This document shows positions 11,852-24,354 of a DNA stretch of 64,000 nt, one piece after another. This DNA is from Entomortierella parvispora E1425 (lineage: Eukaryota; Fungi; Mortierellomycota), in NCBI GenBank assembly GCA_020891255.1, contig BQFW01000012.1, forward strand, positions 2,046,001 to 2,110,000, given 5' to 3'. Position 1 is the first letter of the stretch. The number at the start of each line of letters is the position of its first letter. A program made the translations under genes and the position numbers. Below the pieces are notes generated by a model. The model saw only the letters and a list, made by a program, of their open reading frames with translations, was not told the origin of the DNA and searched no databases.

Positions 11852-12328
11852 GACAGGAGAGTGGAATGTGATGAAGAGAGAGAGAAGAGAAAGGGAAAAG
11901 AGAGATGCGGAGCAGGCGGGAGAAGAAGGGCAGGGGAGAGTAGGAGGGGGGGTCGTGGAAAGAAAAAAAAATTCAGGAAAACAGAGCTGAGTTTGACGAA
12001 AAAAGATTGCGATAAGATTGGCGCTCCTTGTGGAGCGAGCGTACCCTCTTCGCTCTCTCTGGGCAGGGCGGGCAGGTCTTTCTGTGCCTGCCGCTGGCCA
12101 GATACGCAGATACGCAGACAGCAGGGTGTGTTGTGGCTCTTTACTTATTATTTTTTTCATTCCTCTTTTGATAGCCATATGCCCTTTCTTTATCACCATG
12201 AACACCCACATCGGCCTTGCATACAGACATTGTCTTCACATATCATTGATCTATTCATTGTCAAGTGCTTTGATATGTATATTTTATTATGCAAAACAAC
12301 ACTGGTTGAATCAATCGTTGGGTGTTTT

Positions 12329-15300
12329 CTAATTCTGTTGCACTTCCGAATGCTCGGCTCCAGCAGCCTCGTTGTTGACCTCGCTCGATTCGCCTGTGGG
12401 GAATTCGTCCGACTTCAGGGCACTGAGGAGCTGCCGGGTCGCCTGCGCCTGTTGCTTTTTCTGATGGGCAGAATTGGAGGCAGCAGCAGCAGCAGCAGCC
12501 GAGGTATTGTTCATGTCCGAATTGGTAAAAGCCACGTTCAGCATTCTCTCGGCCAACGCTCTGTTTTGGGATTGCAGCTCGAATTCCGCAGGGGTCAGCT
12601 TGGGGATCGAGGACGTCGACGACGATGAGTGGGCAGGGTAGACCAAAGTCTCTGTGCCGTCCTCGGCAACACTCAAGTGAATGCCATGGTCATGGGGGCC
12701 GCGTTCGCGATTATGGAACTCATCATTGTACTGTTGCTGAAGGAACGAGTACTGGGCTGACAGGGCCTCAATAGCCGCCTGCTGGGCGGCATCGTTGATC
12801 TCTTGTTGTTGAAGCATCGCTCCAGTAGTCGTAGTGGACGAGTGTGGGTATGTTGACGAGGAAGACGAAGCACTAGCGCCCTCGTCCGACTCTGCCTGCT
12901 GAGACGCGCTCAGTTGAGATCCTGAGGATCCACGACGGCGTTGCTGGATTCTTCTCTCAACGTCTTCCATCATAATCTTGACAACTTGCTTCAATGTCAT
13001 CGAACGGTAACCCTCAGTCTTACAGCGCGAGGACATGAACGTGCGTGCAATTTGGTTGGCAGCTGGGATTCTCTGCAAACTGGCCACAGCCTCTGCTTGA
13101 GCAGCGGCGACAGCGGCAGCCATGGCAGCGGTTGCGGCAGCAGCAGCGGCAGCATTGGTATCACCATCCTGGATCTGCTGCTGCTTCTTGGAATCGAGCT
13201 GGTCGTGTGTCTGGATGATCTTTGCTAACTGAATCGCGTTACTCTCCTGAACATCGTCGCGAAGGCGCTGTGCAATATCGCTCCAGTTAATGTCGACATG
13301 ATCCGTGTATCCATACTCTTGGATCAAGCGGAGAACATCCAGCTGTTGTTGTAATCCACCACGTCGACGAATAGGACCCTTGGGAGCCTTTGGAACAAAG
13401 GAAGGAAGGGGCAGGGATGCCGCCGCTGCAAGAGCAGCTGCTGTGAAAGGATCGTTGTTGCTTAATGGGCCAGGGTGCAGATCACCATGAAGGTGATCAC
13501 CACCAGCCTCTCCCATGCGGTTCATCGCCTGTGACCACAAATTGTTACTGTCAGGAGTCTCTGGCAAAACGCCTTGAAGGGCAGCCGCCAAAAGGATGAC
13601 ATCTTGCGCGGATGCAGTCTTGTTCTCGTCAGAACGATGTGGTGAGGTAGAGCCGCTCTGGTGGTGATGTTGCTGATGTTGTTGTTGCTGCTGATGCTGG
13701 AGCTGCTGTTGCTGTTGCTTGACAGCGGCGGCTGCAGAAGACGCGTTGGCAGCTACAGCGGCTGCAGCGGCTGCAGCGGCCGAACTGGGGCCAGTCCACT
13801 CTCCACGTTCCAGGCGAGGCTGCAAAGTTTGAGAGAATCGGTGACGGCACTGATGTCTTGTGCGCGTGCCCCCCATCCGTTCAGAAATTTGGGTCCACAT
13901 AGGGTTCGAGTCAAGAATCGATGCTTTCCCTTGTTTAAGGGCCAGCTCTTGCATGATCCTCAACAGCTGTTCGTCTTCTTGGGGCTGCCACGGTCCCGTC
14001 ACCATGGTGCTCAGGTCCTTAAGATGGTTACGGTACCGATCACGGCAACTGTCAGCCATACGTCCCAACTCTTGCCCAATCGTGGTCCACTGGCCCTTGT
14101 GCTTGGCATGAAGCTCGACCAATTTCTGATCGTCTTCTTTACTCCAGGCTCCGACATTGTTCTGAGGATGGAACATGCGCCGCACATGCAGATAGATGTT
14201 AAGGAGTGGCCGAGTTTGCAATCGAACAGCTGTTGTGGACATATGGTTGATATTATAGTTAATACACGTTCGCTGCAACAATGAGATTCGCATTTTCAAG
14301 AAAGCCCTCTTACCAATTTCAACCCAGAGAGCCTTCAGATCGTTCTTCTCCAATCGTCCACGTCCAGAACTTCCATTGTTGAACCAACGCTGAATAGCAT
14401 CCTCGGGCATCTTGTTTCGAATGACGTATTCTTTGATGGTTCTTCTGATAATATCGTCCTCGTTTGTACTGAAGGTTCCCGTCTTGTAAGCGATACCTAG
14501 GTGCAATAGTCATTTCTCACTGGTTAGCTCCTGTAGAAAGACGTCCTTCCTCTGTCCTCTACCCACTCTGTTGGTATACCTTTGTCCTTCAAGGCTGTGG
14601 CCATCAGCCACTTTGTATGCAGGGGGTTTGTGCTCGTTCTGACCGCGAGATCAATCTCCAATTGTTGCTCCAGTGTCCTTGCAAGAGCCTCCGGATCTGT
14701 AGTAGGGAGCTCCGGACTTTCAAATCGTCGCCTGATACCAGGACCGCTTGACTTCCTGTTGCTAATAATAGGGGGGAGGGCCTCCTCCTCGCCCTGGGTC
14801 TGGTCGTGCTCGGCCTCTTGTCCATTGAATTCCTCTGGAGTATCATGTCGACTGCCGTGGTGGATGTCTTGTCTGTCGGAGGGCTGCTCTGATTCCGGCA
14901 AATGAAGACTAGGTTTTAGACTAGCCAAGATGGCGGAGGCATCCCCAAGGTTCATCAAAACCGAAGTTGCTTCTGCGGTAGCAGCTGCATGAGCATCCAT
15001 TTGGCGCATGTGAGCTCTGTCTTCTTCACTGCCATTTTGCTCCTGACGCTGAAAGTCATTGTCAATGATCTGGCGCATAGTTGGAATACCAGTCATGGAT
15101 TCCATGATTTGCTCTCGAGTGAGACGACTGTTGGCTTCCGGCTCGATTTGCTGCTGAAGTTGTTGTTGCATGCGAAGCACATCTGCGCTAACGCCGCCGC
15201 TGCTGTTACTGCCATTGTCATGTTCGTGGTGCTGTCGCTGCTGTTCTTGGTGATGGTGGTCAGAGATATGGGCATCTTGTGAAGGAGCGGCGCTCGCCAG

Positions 15301-15546
15301 AAGGTCGGCCATGGTAGTCAGGGCAGCAGCAGTCTCGGAATTGCTCGCGTGCATCGCTGAATCGGCGGCACTCTGCTCCGTTCGAGAAGTGTGGGCTTGA
15401 ACATCGTCCATGGTATGACCGTGATGATCAGTCCCTTCGTCTTCTGGTCCGGAATAGCCATCGGCAGATGTGAGAGTCTTCTTGAAGCTGGTTTCCGACT
15501 CTTCTTCCTCGGCGTTCTTTCTTTTTCGGCCTCTGTTTCTGTCCAT
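12329..15546 (-). CDS. Reb1/TTF1/DMTF1-like Myb-domain DNA-binding protein
   Basis: Exons 15546-14580, 14496-14314, 14229-12329. Myb repeats VGAWSKEDDQKLVELHAKHKGQWTTIGQELGRMADSCRDRYRN and TGPWQPQEDEQLL...MWTQISERMGGTRTRHQCRHRF; YKTGTFSTNEDDIIRRTIKEY pseudo-repeat; polyA/polyQ tracts. Confidence 0.88.
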
Positions 15547-16102
15547 CGTACTGTGACTCTAGCCTTTTTGTGTTTGTTGGGGAAGGAGGGGAATGGATAT
15601 ACAGGACCAATTGCACTGACTTCTGGTGTGTTTTGGTGTTGTTTCTCTGACGGAGGAGCAAAAAAACCCTCGTCGATACGAGCTTTACTATAGTCATTTT
15701 CAGGCAAAACAGGCACTGATTAGTTGCTGCAACGGCTGCTCCATAGAGATGTCCGAACGGCACACTACTCGCACATGCCACGACATTAATCAGCGAGCAT
15801 GGATATTGCAAGCTGCGCAGATGATAGCCATCGGAATCAAGGCCGATGAACAAATAAACACATGAAGTGTCTGATGTGCGCAATGTCGCGTTTGCTCGCG
15901 CTGGACCATTGGGTTTACTCCATTTCCGGCCGACAATGATCGCCATACCTTGGTATTAAGGGTCGAGGTGGGAGTGGAGTGGGTTAAGGGTTGGGAGTTT
16001 TTTTTTTGTGGGTCCGAAGAGAAGAATGAAGGAAAAAAAAAGGCCGCATGATGATGGTGGCTTATATATATCACATGATGAGCACATGATTTATTGGTGG
16101 CG

Positions 16103-17581
16103 CTAGATATCCAAAGGCTTGTCAAAATTGTAGAAGTTCAGGCCGCCGTCGTCTTGGTCATCCATGATCTTGTGCATCGTTACTAGTGATAAAGGAATCA
16201 AGTTAGTTGTTTCATTAAGACCTGTTTACAGACAAACGGAGATCCATCAAAAACAAAGAAAAAAAAATAAAAAAAACAAACGGAACTTACGGATAATGTT
16301 GGCGGCAAATGCCAGGAACAATGACGCAAAAAGAATGGTAGGCCCAATACGATCATAAAACTTGACATCAACCCGCATCTGCTTCATCCACCGATGCCTC
16401 AGATGAAAAGTCGTCGTTGCATAGACCAAGGTCGACATGGTCACCAGTACCAAGAATAAGCCGACCTGCATCCCGACATCCTTGCCAAAACTCAAGAGTG
16501 TAAGAGCCATGGATCCCAGCAAGAGTCCAAACTTGATCCAGTGCATGAATGTACGCTCATTGGAGAAATACGCCTTCGCGTCCGGCTTCTTGGGCCCTTT
16601 TTTACCACCGACTAAAGCTTTACCGTTCATTACCGGGAGTCCTCCTGAAGTTGGAGGAGTGTCTTTCCTGTAATACCTAGTTGACCTTTTTGAAAGTTCC
16701 TTCAATGTAGGCCTGTGTGATTCTCCTTGACTTCCGCCCATGGTCATGACAGGTGGGGTGGTGGGTGAAAACTCAATTGTTGTCTCCACCTGGGTCATAT
16801 CACAACGACCCTGTCCAAGATCGGAAGCCATGCTTCGGGCCCAAAGGATATAACGCCTTACACCTCTTGGCCTCCTGGGTGCAGATGCCACGGACTCTGC
16901 TGTTGTTGAGTGGCAGAGCGTGGAAGCAACTGATGATCCTGTGCGTGAGTGATATGAGGTCTTGTAGGAACCTGTGACTTGAGAAGAAGCACCTAAATTC
17001 TCTGACCTGAGTGACCTCTTGGTTGCTGTCGTTGATTCTGTATGGTAGCCTGAGGTACCAGTGCTGCGAGAGGTTGATGAGAGTGCAGGCGATAGAGAAG
17101 ATATCGTTGTCGAATCCTGTGATGAACGCTTAGGGCCCCTCAGTTGACGTGATCGTTGTGAAAGTCGCGTCTGTCGATCTACTAGATAGTTTGACTGTTG
17201 ATCGGACTCGATCAGCCCATGCATATTCCGACAGGTGTTCTCTATGGTATCCTTGCTACTTGGCCGAGTAGCTGGGGTTCGGAGAGACTGGATTACAACA
17301 CACTGAAGCTGATTGGGGCTCGCAGGAGCAGAAGTGCAATCCGTTGATTCGGAAAGTGTTCGAGTTGGGTGAGGGATCTCCACTGTCAATGTTCGAGATC
17401 CTCTGACAATGGTCTCTTGAACCAGCTCCATCTCAGGCGTGACTGGTGATGAGGCGAGAGTTGGCCTATGGTCTGGTTCTTGCTCACTGAAGGTGAAAGC
17501 AGTGGTTGTTGCGGGAGTCGACAGTTGAATCGATGGGCTAGATTGCTGTTGGCTGACTCTGGTCATATTGGATTGTGACAA
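16103..17581 (-). CDS. Vtc1-like DUF202 membrane protein with a long Ser/Thr-rich N-terminal region
   Basis: Exons 17581-16291 and 16182-16103. C-terminal KPDAKAYFSNERTFMHWIKFGLLLGSMAL...YATTTFHLRH...FYDRIGPTIL matches the VTC/DUF202 three-TM domain. Confidence 0.82.
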
Positions 17582-18261
17582 GGTCCCCTCATTGTTGACA
17601 GCACTATGGTCTATAGAATGAGATACTTAGTATTTTCATCTAAACAATAAAGCATCGGCTACAAGCACTCCATTCTCACCTCGAGCAAGAGTATTGAGGG
17701 ACGTTGACGATATCGAAGGCGCGCGACTGGAGGAAGATTGAAAAGGATCTTGACAGATGCGCATGTTGAGGATTGAGCTCAGCGACCAAAGGCAATCAAA
17801 AGGGCAAAAAGGACGTGGACGGCGATGTCAAAGTGAAGAAGCAAAAGGGCGAAAGGAGGTCGATCATGGGCTAGGACCATGTTTCCTCCTGGGCTGCTGC
17901 TGATAACAAGTGTTGAGGGACAACGGTTGTTGTCATTCAGGCCAACAACAGACAGGTCACGATCGTAATGTCAGAGCGGTTTGAACGGAATGTGGAATCC
18001 CAATGGCACCTGTAGAGCAAAAAAAAAGTGTTTTACTCCCAACATGTGTGCCACGTGGAGAAGAGAGCGTGTCTCTGTTCCTGAGCCAGTGAAGCATGCA
18101 CGCCATGGCAAGGTGGAGAAGAAGTGAAAGTGTTGCCCTGTGCGGAGCATTAAAGGGACCTTTGAAAGGGCGACTGGTGGGAATTAAGGGTCCACGATGG
18201 TTTTTCCATAAATTGAAGGTGGATCGCAGAACAGTCTGGTTTCCTCCTCTAACAATATTCG

Positions 18262-18676
18262 GTAAATTTTTGCCTAAAGCATGCAGGACAAATCCATCCA
18301 TCCATCTATCCGTTGTCGGTGCTTCGATCCATCCGTCCCATCCGCCATCCGTCTGTCAACAACTACTCGATTCGATTGCGACCTGTTGCCTGATGTATGG
18401 ATGAAGAGAATCATCGGGATCCAAGGATAACTCAGTTGGTTCATTGCTCATTTGCTTCAGATTCAAGATCAAGACTTTCAAACTGGCTCTGCTTTGTTTG
18501 ATCATCTTGTTCTTTGCAAACTTGTATGAACCAGCTGGAGTAGACGACTGCAGTGAATTGACAACAACAACAACGACGGCTGGATCATCTTGAACAATGG
18601 AAAGCAAATCTGTTTTTTTTCTTTGGATCTCACTTTTTCTGACAATCAACCCACTTTCTCTCTTTTCATAATACAG
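18262..18676 (+). other. Probable 5'-UTR intron of RPS5
   Basis: Donor-like CG|GTAAAT at 18262, branch-like TTCTGAC near 18637, pyrimidine tract and ATACAG acceptor ending 2 nt before the ATG at 18679. Confidence 0.5.
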
Positions 18677-18678
18677 AA

Positions 18679-19641
<963 letters not shown>

Positions 19642-19938
19642 AGCGTTTTCCCTTTTCGGTCACTTGCAATCACTTTTTTTGTGTTATTTTCGCTGTAAAG
19701 TTGAAATAAAATAGCATGGAATCAGCATGTCTAGTCCACATAGTCTATATTGTAACTTGTCAGATGAGAATCATAGCAGAAGAGAGAGGGAGTCCTTCGT
19801 TAACAGGCAACAAACCCTGTACCTGCGAGGGACCCTTTGACAAGAAGAGAGAAAAAAAAAAAGGAGAGGGAGTACTTCGTTGGTCCGACATTTTTGGGCA
19901 GATTATATTTTGGTGTGGGAATAAGGGGTCATTTTTGT

Positions 19939-21805
19939 CTAAAATTGAAAGTTGAACTGGAATCCTCCGCCACCAGCCTGGCCAAAGGGGCTTCCGCCTC
20001 CTTGTTGGAACTGGAAGAAGGGGTTGCCGGCGAATCCCTGACCGAAGGGGTTCTGTTGCGACTGAGGGTCGTTGGGGTCATCACCGTTGTCGAACCGTGC
20101 CTTGAGCTCTGGATCGCTCAAAACCTCATAGGCCTCGTTCAATCCAGCCATCTTCTTCTCTACCTCTTCGGGCGTCAAATCACCGCGGTAGGTGTCAGGG
20201 TGCCAGAGCAAGGCCTGCTTGCGGAACGCCTTCTTGATCTCGCGCTCGGACGCACTCCGGGAGACGCCCAAGATCTTGTAATAGTCCTTTTGTTGAGATT
20301 GCTTCAGCAGCCGTTGGGCTCTTGTCAGCTTCTCATGAATCTGACGATCTTGACCACCCGCCAACTCTTGTGCCTTTGTGAAATCCTTGATTGCCTCCTC
20401 GAACTTGTCGTCCAGCATGAAAGCCATACCGCGACCGACCAGGCCATCAACATTGGATTCGTCCAGCGACAGTGTTGACGTGCACCATTTAAGAGCGTTC
20501 GCAGAGTCCTTGTTCTAGATGAGAGAAATGAGGACAAGGAAAGAGGGCCAAGTTAGACACTGTTGATAATCCTCTTGTCTGGTACATTCAATCTTGATCT
20601 TGACTTTTTTGTTTTTCTTACCTCAGTATATGCTTTGCAGGCTGCAGAGTAAATCTTCAACAACAGGCGCTTGGGCATCTTGCCCACGGCATTGTTTTCA
20701 GTCTCCATAGCGGCAGTCTCGGCTTCAACATTCTTTGCCAACGACTTCTCGCCTCCGACAGCCTTGTTGATCACACCGGCCCATCGCTTGTTTTCGATAT
20801 CAGCCGTCAACTTTGCCACATCCTTCTCGGTCGCCTTCAACTTCCTGAACAATCCCTTGCACAACTTGTTTTCTGGGTCAAACGAGATACACTGCTTGAT
20901 TTGTGCCAGAGCCTGCTCAGGCATATACAAGGAATAGTAGCTCATAGATGAAAGACGATGCATCAGTTGAGGGTTGGTGGCTGCGTTGTGAGTAGCACGT
21001 CTAGAAAAGAAAAAAGGAGAGAGGATCAATATCGACAGGTTCAATAAAAATAAACATACGATGGTGTCGTCTGTTTTGCTTCATCCAAAGTAGGTAGAGT
21101 TTCCTTACGCAAAGTCGTTCACGGCCTCTTCAACCTCTCCTCTGGCCAAATGACATTCGGCGCGCTGCATCCTGAAAGGGACATAAAGGGGCGAGACCAA
21201 AATAGCCGATCCCAAAATATGAACACACTCCTCTGTCTGACCCTTGGCCACGGCGTCCTGGGCCAGGCGGTAGGCATGCGAGGCAGCCTCGATACTCTCA
21301 ATGAGCGCTGGAATCTCCTGAGCCTGGGCGTCGCCCTTGTGGGTCTCATAAAAGGCCAAGAGATCTTCCTTCGCCTTTGAGAACTCGCCGGATTTGGTGT
21401 AGATCTTTCCACGCTGCAGCAGGGCCTGTCCGAAATCGGGCTTTAATTTGAGAATAGTCGTAAAGTCGGCCAAAGCCTGGTTGTTGCGTCCCAAGGTAAG
21501 GTAGGTGGCGGCACGCTTGAAGTAGGACAGATAGTTGGAAGGGTCCCGATCTAGAGTCGAACAAAAGACAAGAGTTGGATTAGCGGCCATCGAGAAGGGG
21601 GTAAGAATGCGTGCCTCCAGCCCTTTTTTTTGTCGTTCTTTTCGTTACCGATGGCATCACTGTAGCTCTGGAGGGCCATGTTGAACTCTCCCTTTCCGAG
21701 GTAGAGGTTGGCCTGGTCCAAATACTGCTGGGTGGTCTGGGGCTCGGCGGCAGCCTGGTGCAATGCCAAGAGAGCGGGCAGCAAGAGGAGATGATGGAGT
21801 CTCAT
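19939..21805 (-). CDS. ER-lumenal TPR plus J-domain co-chaperone (DNAJC3/P58IPK/Jem1-like)
   Basis: Exons 21805-21649, 21550-21109, 21000-20622, 20514-19939. Signal peptide MRLHHLLLLPALLALHQAAA, TPR repeats (YFKRAATYLTLGRNNQALADF), J domain DYYKILGVSRSASEREIKKAFRKQALLWHPD with HPD, G/F-rich tail. Confidence 0.93.
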
Positions 21806-22289
21806 CCTGAGTTTAGATGATTAGACGAAAGGTAGATGTGCTTTGCGCGCTATGCGAGGATGGGTCAAGTTGGATGGGGTGAGAGTGCGGAGCAGAGCAA
21901 AGGAAAGAGAGGGTAGAGTGGAGTGGAGTGAAGTGAAGGAGAGTGAAAAGAAGAATGAATGAATGAACAGAGTAGAGCAGATGGACCTTGAGAGAGAGTG
22001 AGTGAGTGAGAGAGAGTGCTCTCTGCTGTGGCGGGCGGTGATAGGCCCATTTCCACAGTCACCTTTGTTCCTTCTCTTTCTGTGCTATGTGCTGTCTCCC
22101 TGTGAATGTCCAAATGTACCAGCAGCAGGGGCAAGGGGACGGGACTCAGCGAAATGCAATCAACCACTTCAGCCATCAACGTGTCCACTCAACACAAACC
22201 GTTGGAGTATTCAATTGTGTTTTTGTATTGTTTTTGGTGCGTTTTATTGCTATTTTTTCTTTTTTTTTTCTTTCTATTATTTTGGGATC

Positions 22290-24354
22290 TCACCGTCCCT
22301 CGTAGCCGTAGCCAGCCGTATGCGAAGGCGTGACTGGAGACCGCGTCGAGAGAGTGTGGATGGGAGGGAGTTGCACCTTCTCGCTCGAGGGGCCAGAGGA
22401 CCCACGCGAGAGCGAGGGCAAGATCGATGGCAACGAGCTCTGCTGTTGCTGGGGCGAATGGTGACCATGGGACATCATCGACTCGGGAGGCGAGAAGGGG
22501 TGAGGAGGCGAGACATTGCCACCCTCGCTGTGCTGAGATGACATGGATGGGGTCCGGCTATGGTGCTCCTGAGGACCACGGCTGTGGTACGGCGTTGGAA
22601 CGTAATCCATCTCACGCTCGTTCAGAAGCGAAGAGGGAAACCCATGACGACCAGCGTTCACAGGAGGATGACTTGAATGTACAGGCGAAGGAGGGGAGGA
22701 AGACAAATGAGCAGCGCCCATTGGATGCGACGGAGGATAGCCATACGAAGGAGATCCTTCGCGGTAGTGGCCATGCTCTTGGGAAGTGTAAGACATGCGA
22801 CGATGCTCTGGTGGTGAGCGAGGGCGGTCTTGGGGACCTCTGGAATAGTGCCCAGGGTAGGAGGGGTGATGAGGAGGGGAGCCAGGACCGTAGGGGTGGT
22901 AATGGTAAGGGTGGCTTGGGTACGGAGGGTAACCATGGTCATGTCGGTAGGGGTGACCCTCATACCGAGAGTAGTAAGAGGGGTGCACATCCGGGCGATA
23001 ATGACTAGGATAGGGTTGTGCAGAACGATGGTGCTCGTACCGCCTTGACTCCTCCAGGTAAGGGTTATGGTGGGGTCTGGAAGGAATTGGGTCTTGGCGG
23101 AGGAAAGCACCAGGAGATGAGGGAGGGGTTCTATCCATTGGTTCGGCTGAAGAGTGGCGGTCGTGGCGCTGCTTTGGGCGAACAGCAATAGGACGAGCAT
23201 GTGAATAGCCGGCGGGGGGATAAGTTGGTGATGCCTTTACCCGCTTGACAGATTTGCGGGAACCCACATCACTGTCGCTATGTTCGCCTTCGTGGCCGGA
23301 TGGAGGAGGGCTGTGCATCGAGTCCTCAGCATCGTTCTCCTCGGACAAGGCCTTCTTGGGCTTGACATGATGATCCTTGCGGATACGAATGCGGACACCT
23401 TGGTCAGAAAAGCTGCGGGACAAGAATGTGGACTCGGACATGCCTGGGAAGGTCTTGCTGGGGTAAACCATGAGCGCGTTGGAGAGGCTGGTCATGACAT
23501 GGACAACCTGACCCTCAATCAACTCGAAGAGTGAGAATCGAAGGCGGAAATGGCCCTCAATTCGTACAGAGATATCACCAAACACAAAGAAACCACCATC
23601 CGAGTTGTCAACATCCTTGAGTCTGTTGAGAGAGGAAACCACTGTACCAGCCAGGGCGCGATGTGCAGGCGCGACAATCTCGCCGTTGGGGTCATCGGCG
23701 TGGACCAAATTACAGCACATGAAGAGATATGGACTTTGGAGGTAATCCCTGGAGAAGAAGAAAAGAGACAGACGAATGAGCAAGGAGGCACTAGTAAGAA
23801 AGGTGTGCTATTTTCGTTTCATAGCATGCTATCCAAGGAGTCAACCCAGCCATTGCTCTACTTACTTGTTTCTATCAGAGGCAGGATCGGCGAGTTTGAT
23901 CTGAACAATTGGAGGGGGGTCGATGGGGCGGCGGTCGCGCTCCTTGAGACCGCAGACCTTGGCCCGTTGTGGTTGTTGACGAATGGTCAATACGTATTTT
24001 GATCTAAGGACGAGGAAGGCCAGTGACCAAGGTGGGTGGGGTGAGCACAACCGAAATCAGACAATCTCGCACAAATATGGACAAGAAGGACGACTCCAGC
24101 GGAAAGGGCGAGTTACACGGCACTGAAGCCGAAACTCAAAGTGAGAGGGGCATTTATCCGGGGAAACACACTTGAAAAATTCTTTTGTGCAGGAAAACAG
24201 GCTGTGTGGAGCAAGCAATCTTGGGGGGTGTTTCTGAGCGCCCGTATTGCGGGGAGTCATCGAGGGCGTAGGATACTTACGAAGAGGCAATATTGGAGAT
24301 CTCAGTTTGGCCACTGACAAAGCAGTATGGGGCCGAAGATGATGATTTAACCAT
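22290..24354 (-). CDS. Velvet-domain transcription regulator (VosA-like architecture, N-terminal velvet domain)
   Basis: Exons 24354-24281, 24003-23866, 23748-22290. YVLTIRQQPQRAKVCGLKERDRRPIDPPPIVQI, DYLQSPYLFM, LAGTVVSSLNRLKD, GGFFVFGDISVRIEGHFRLRFSLFE, FPGMSESTFLSRSFSDQGVRIRIRK; H/P/Y-rich C-terminus. Confidence 0.93.

Noticed and set aside
11564-12628. Overlapping 215-aa and 311-aa ORFs between PDA1 and the Myb gene
   Set aside because: Built from purine/pyrimidine-skewed leader sequence, PDA1 intron 1 and antisense Myb tail; no domain signal.
18388-18470. Hairpin and box-like words in the RPS5 leader intron as a possible snoRNA
   Set aside because: No proper RTGATGA/CTGA pair or H/ACA arrangement; would need an Rfam/snoscan search.
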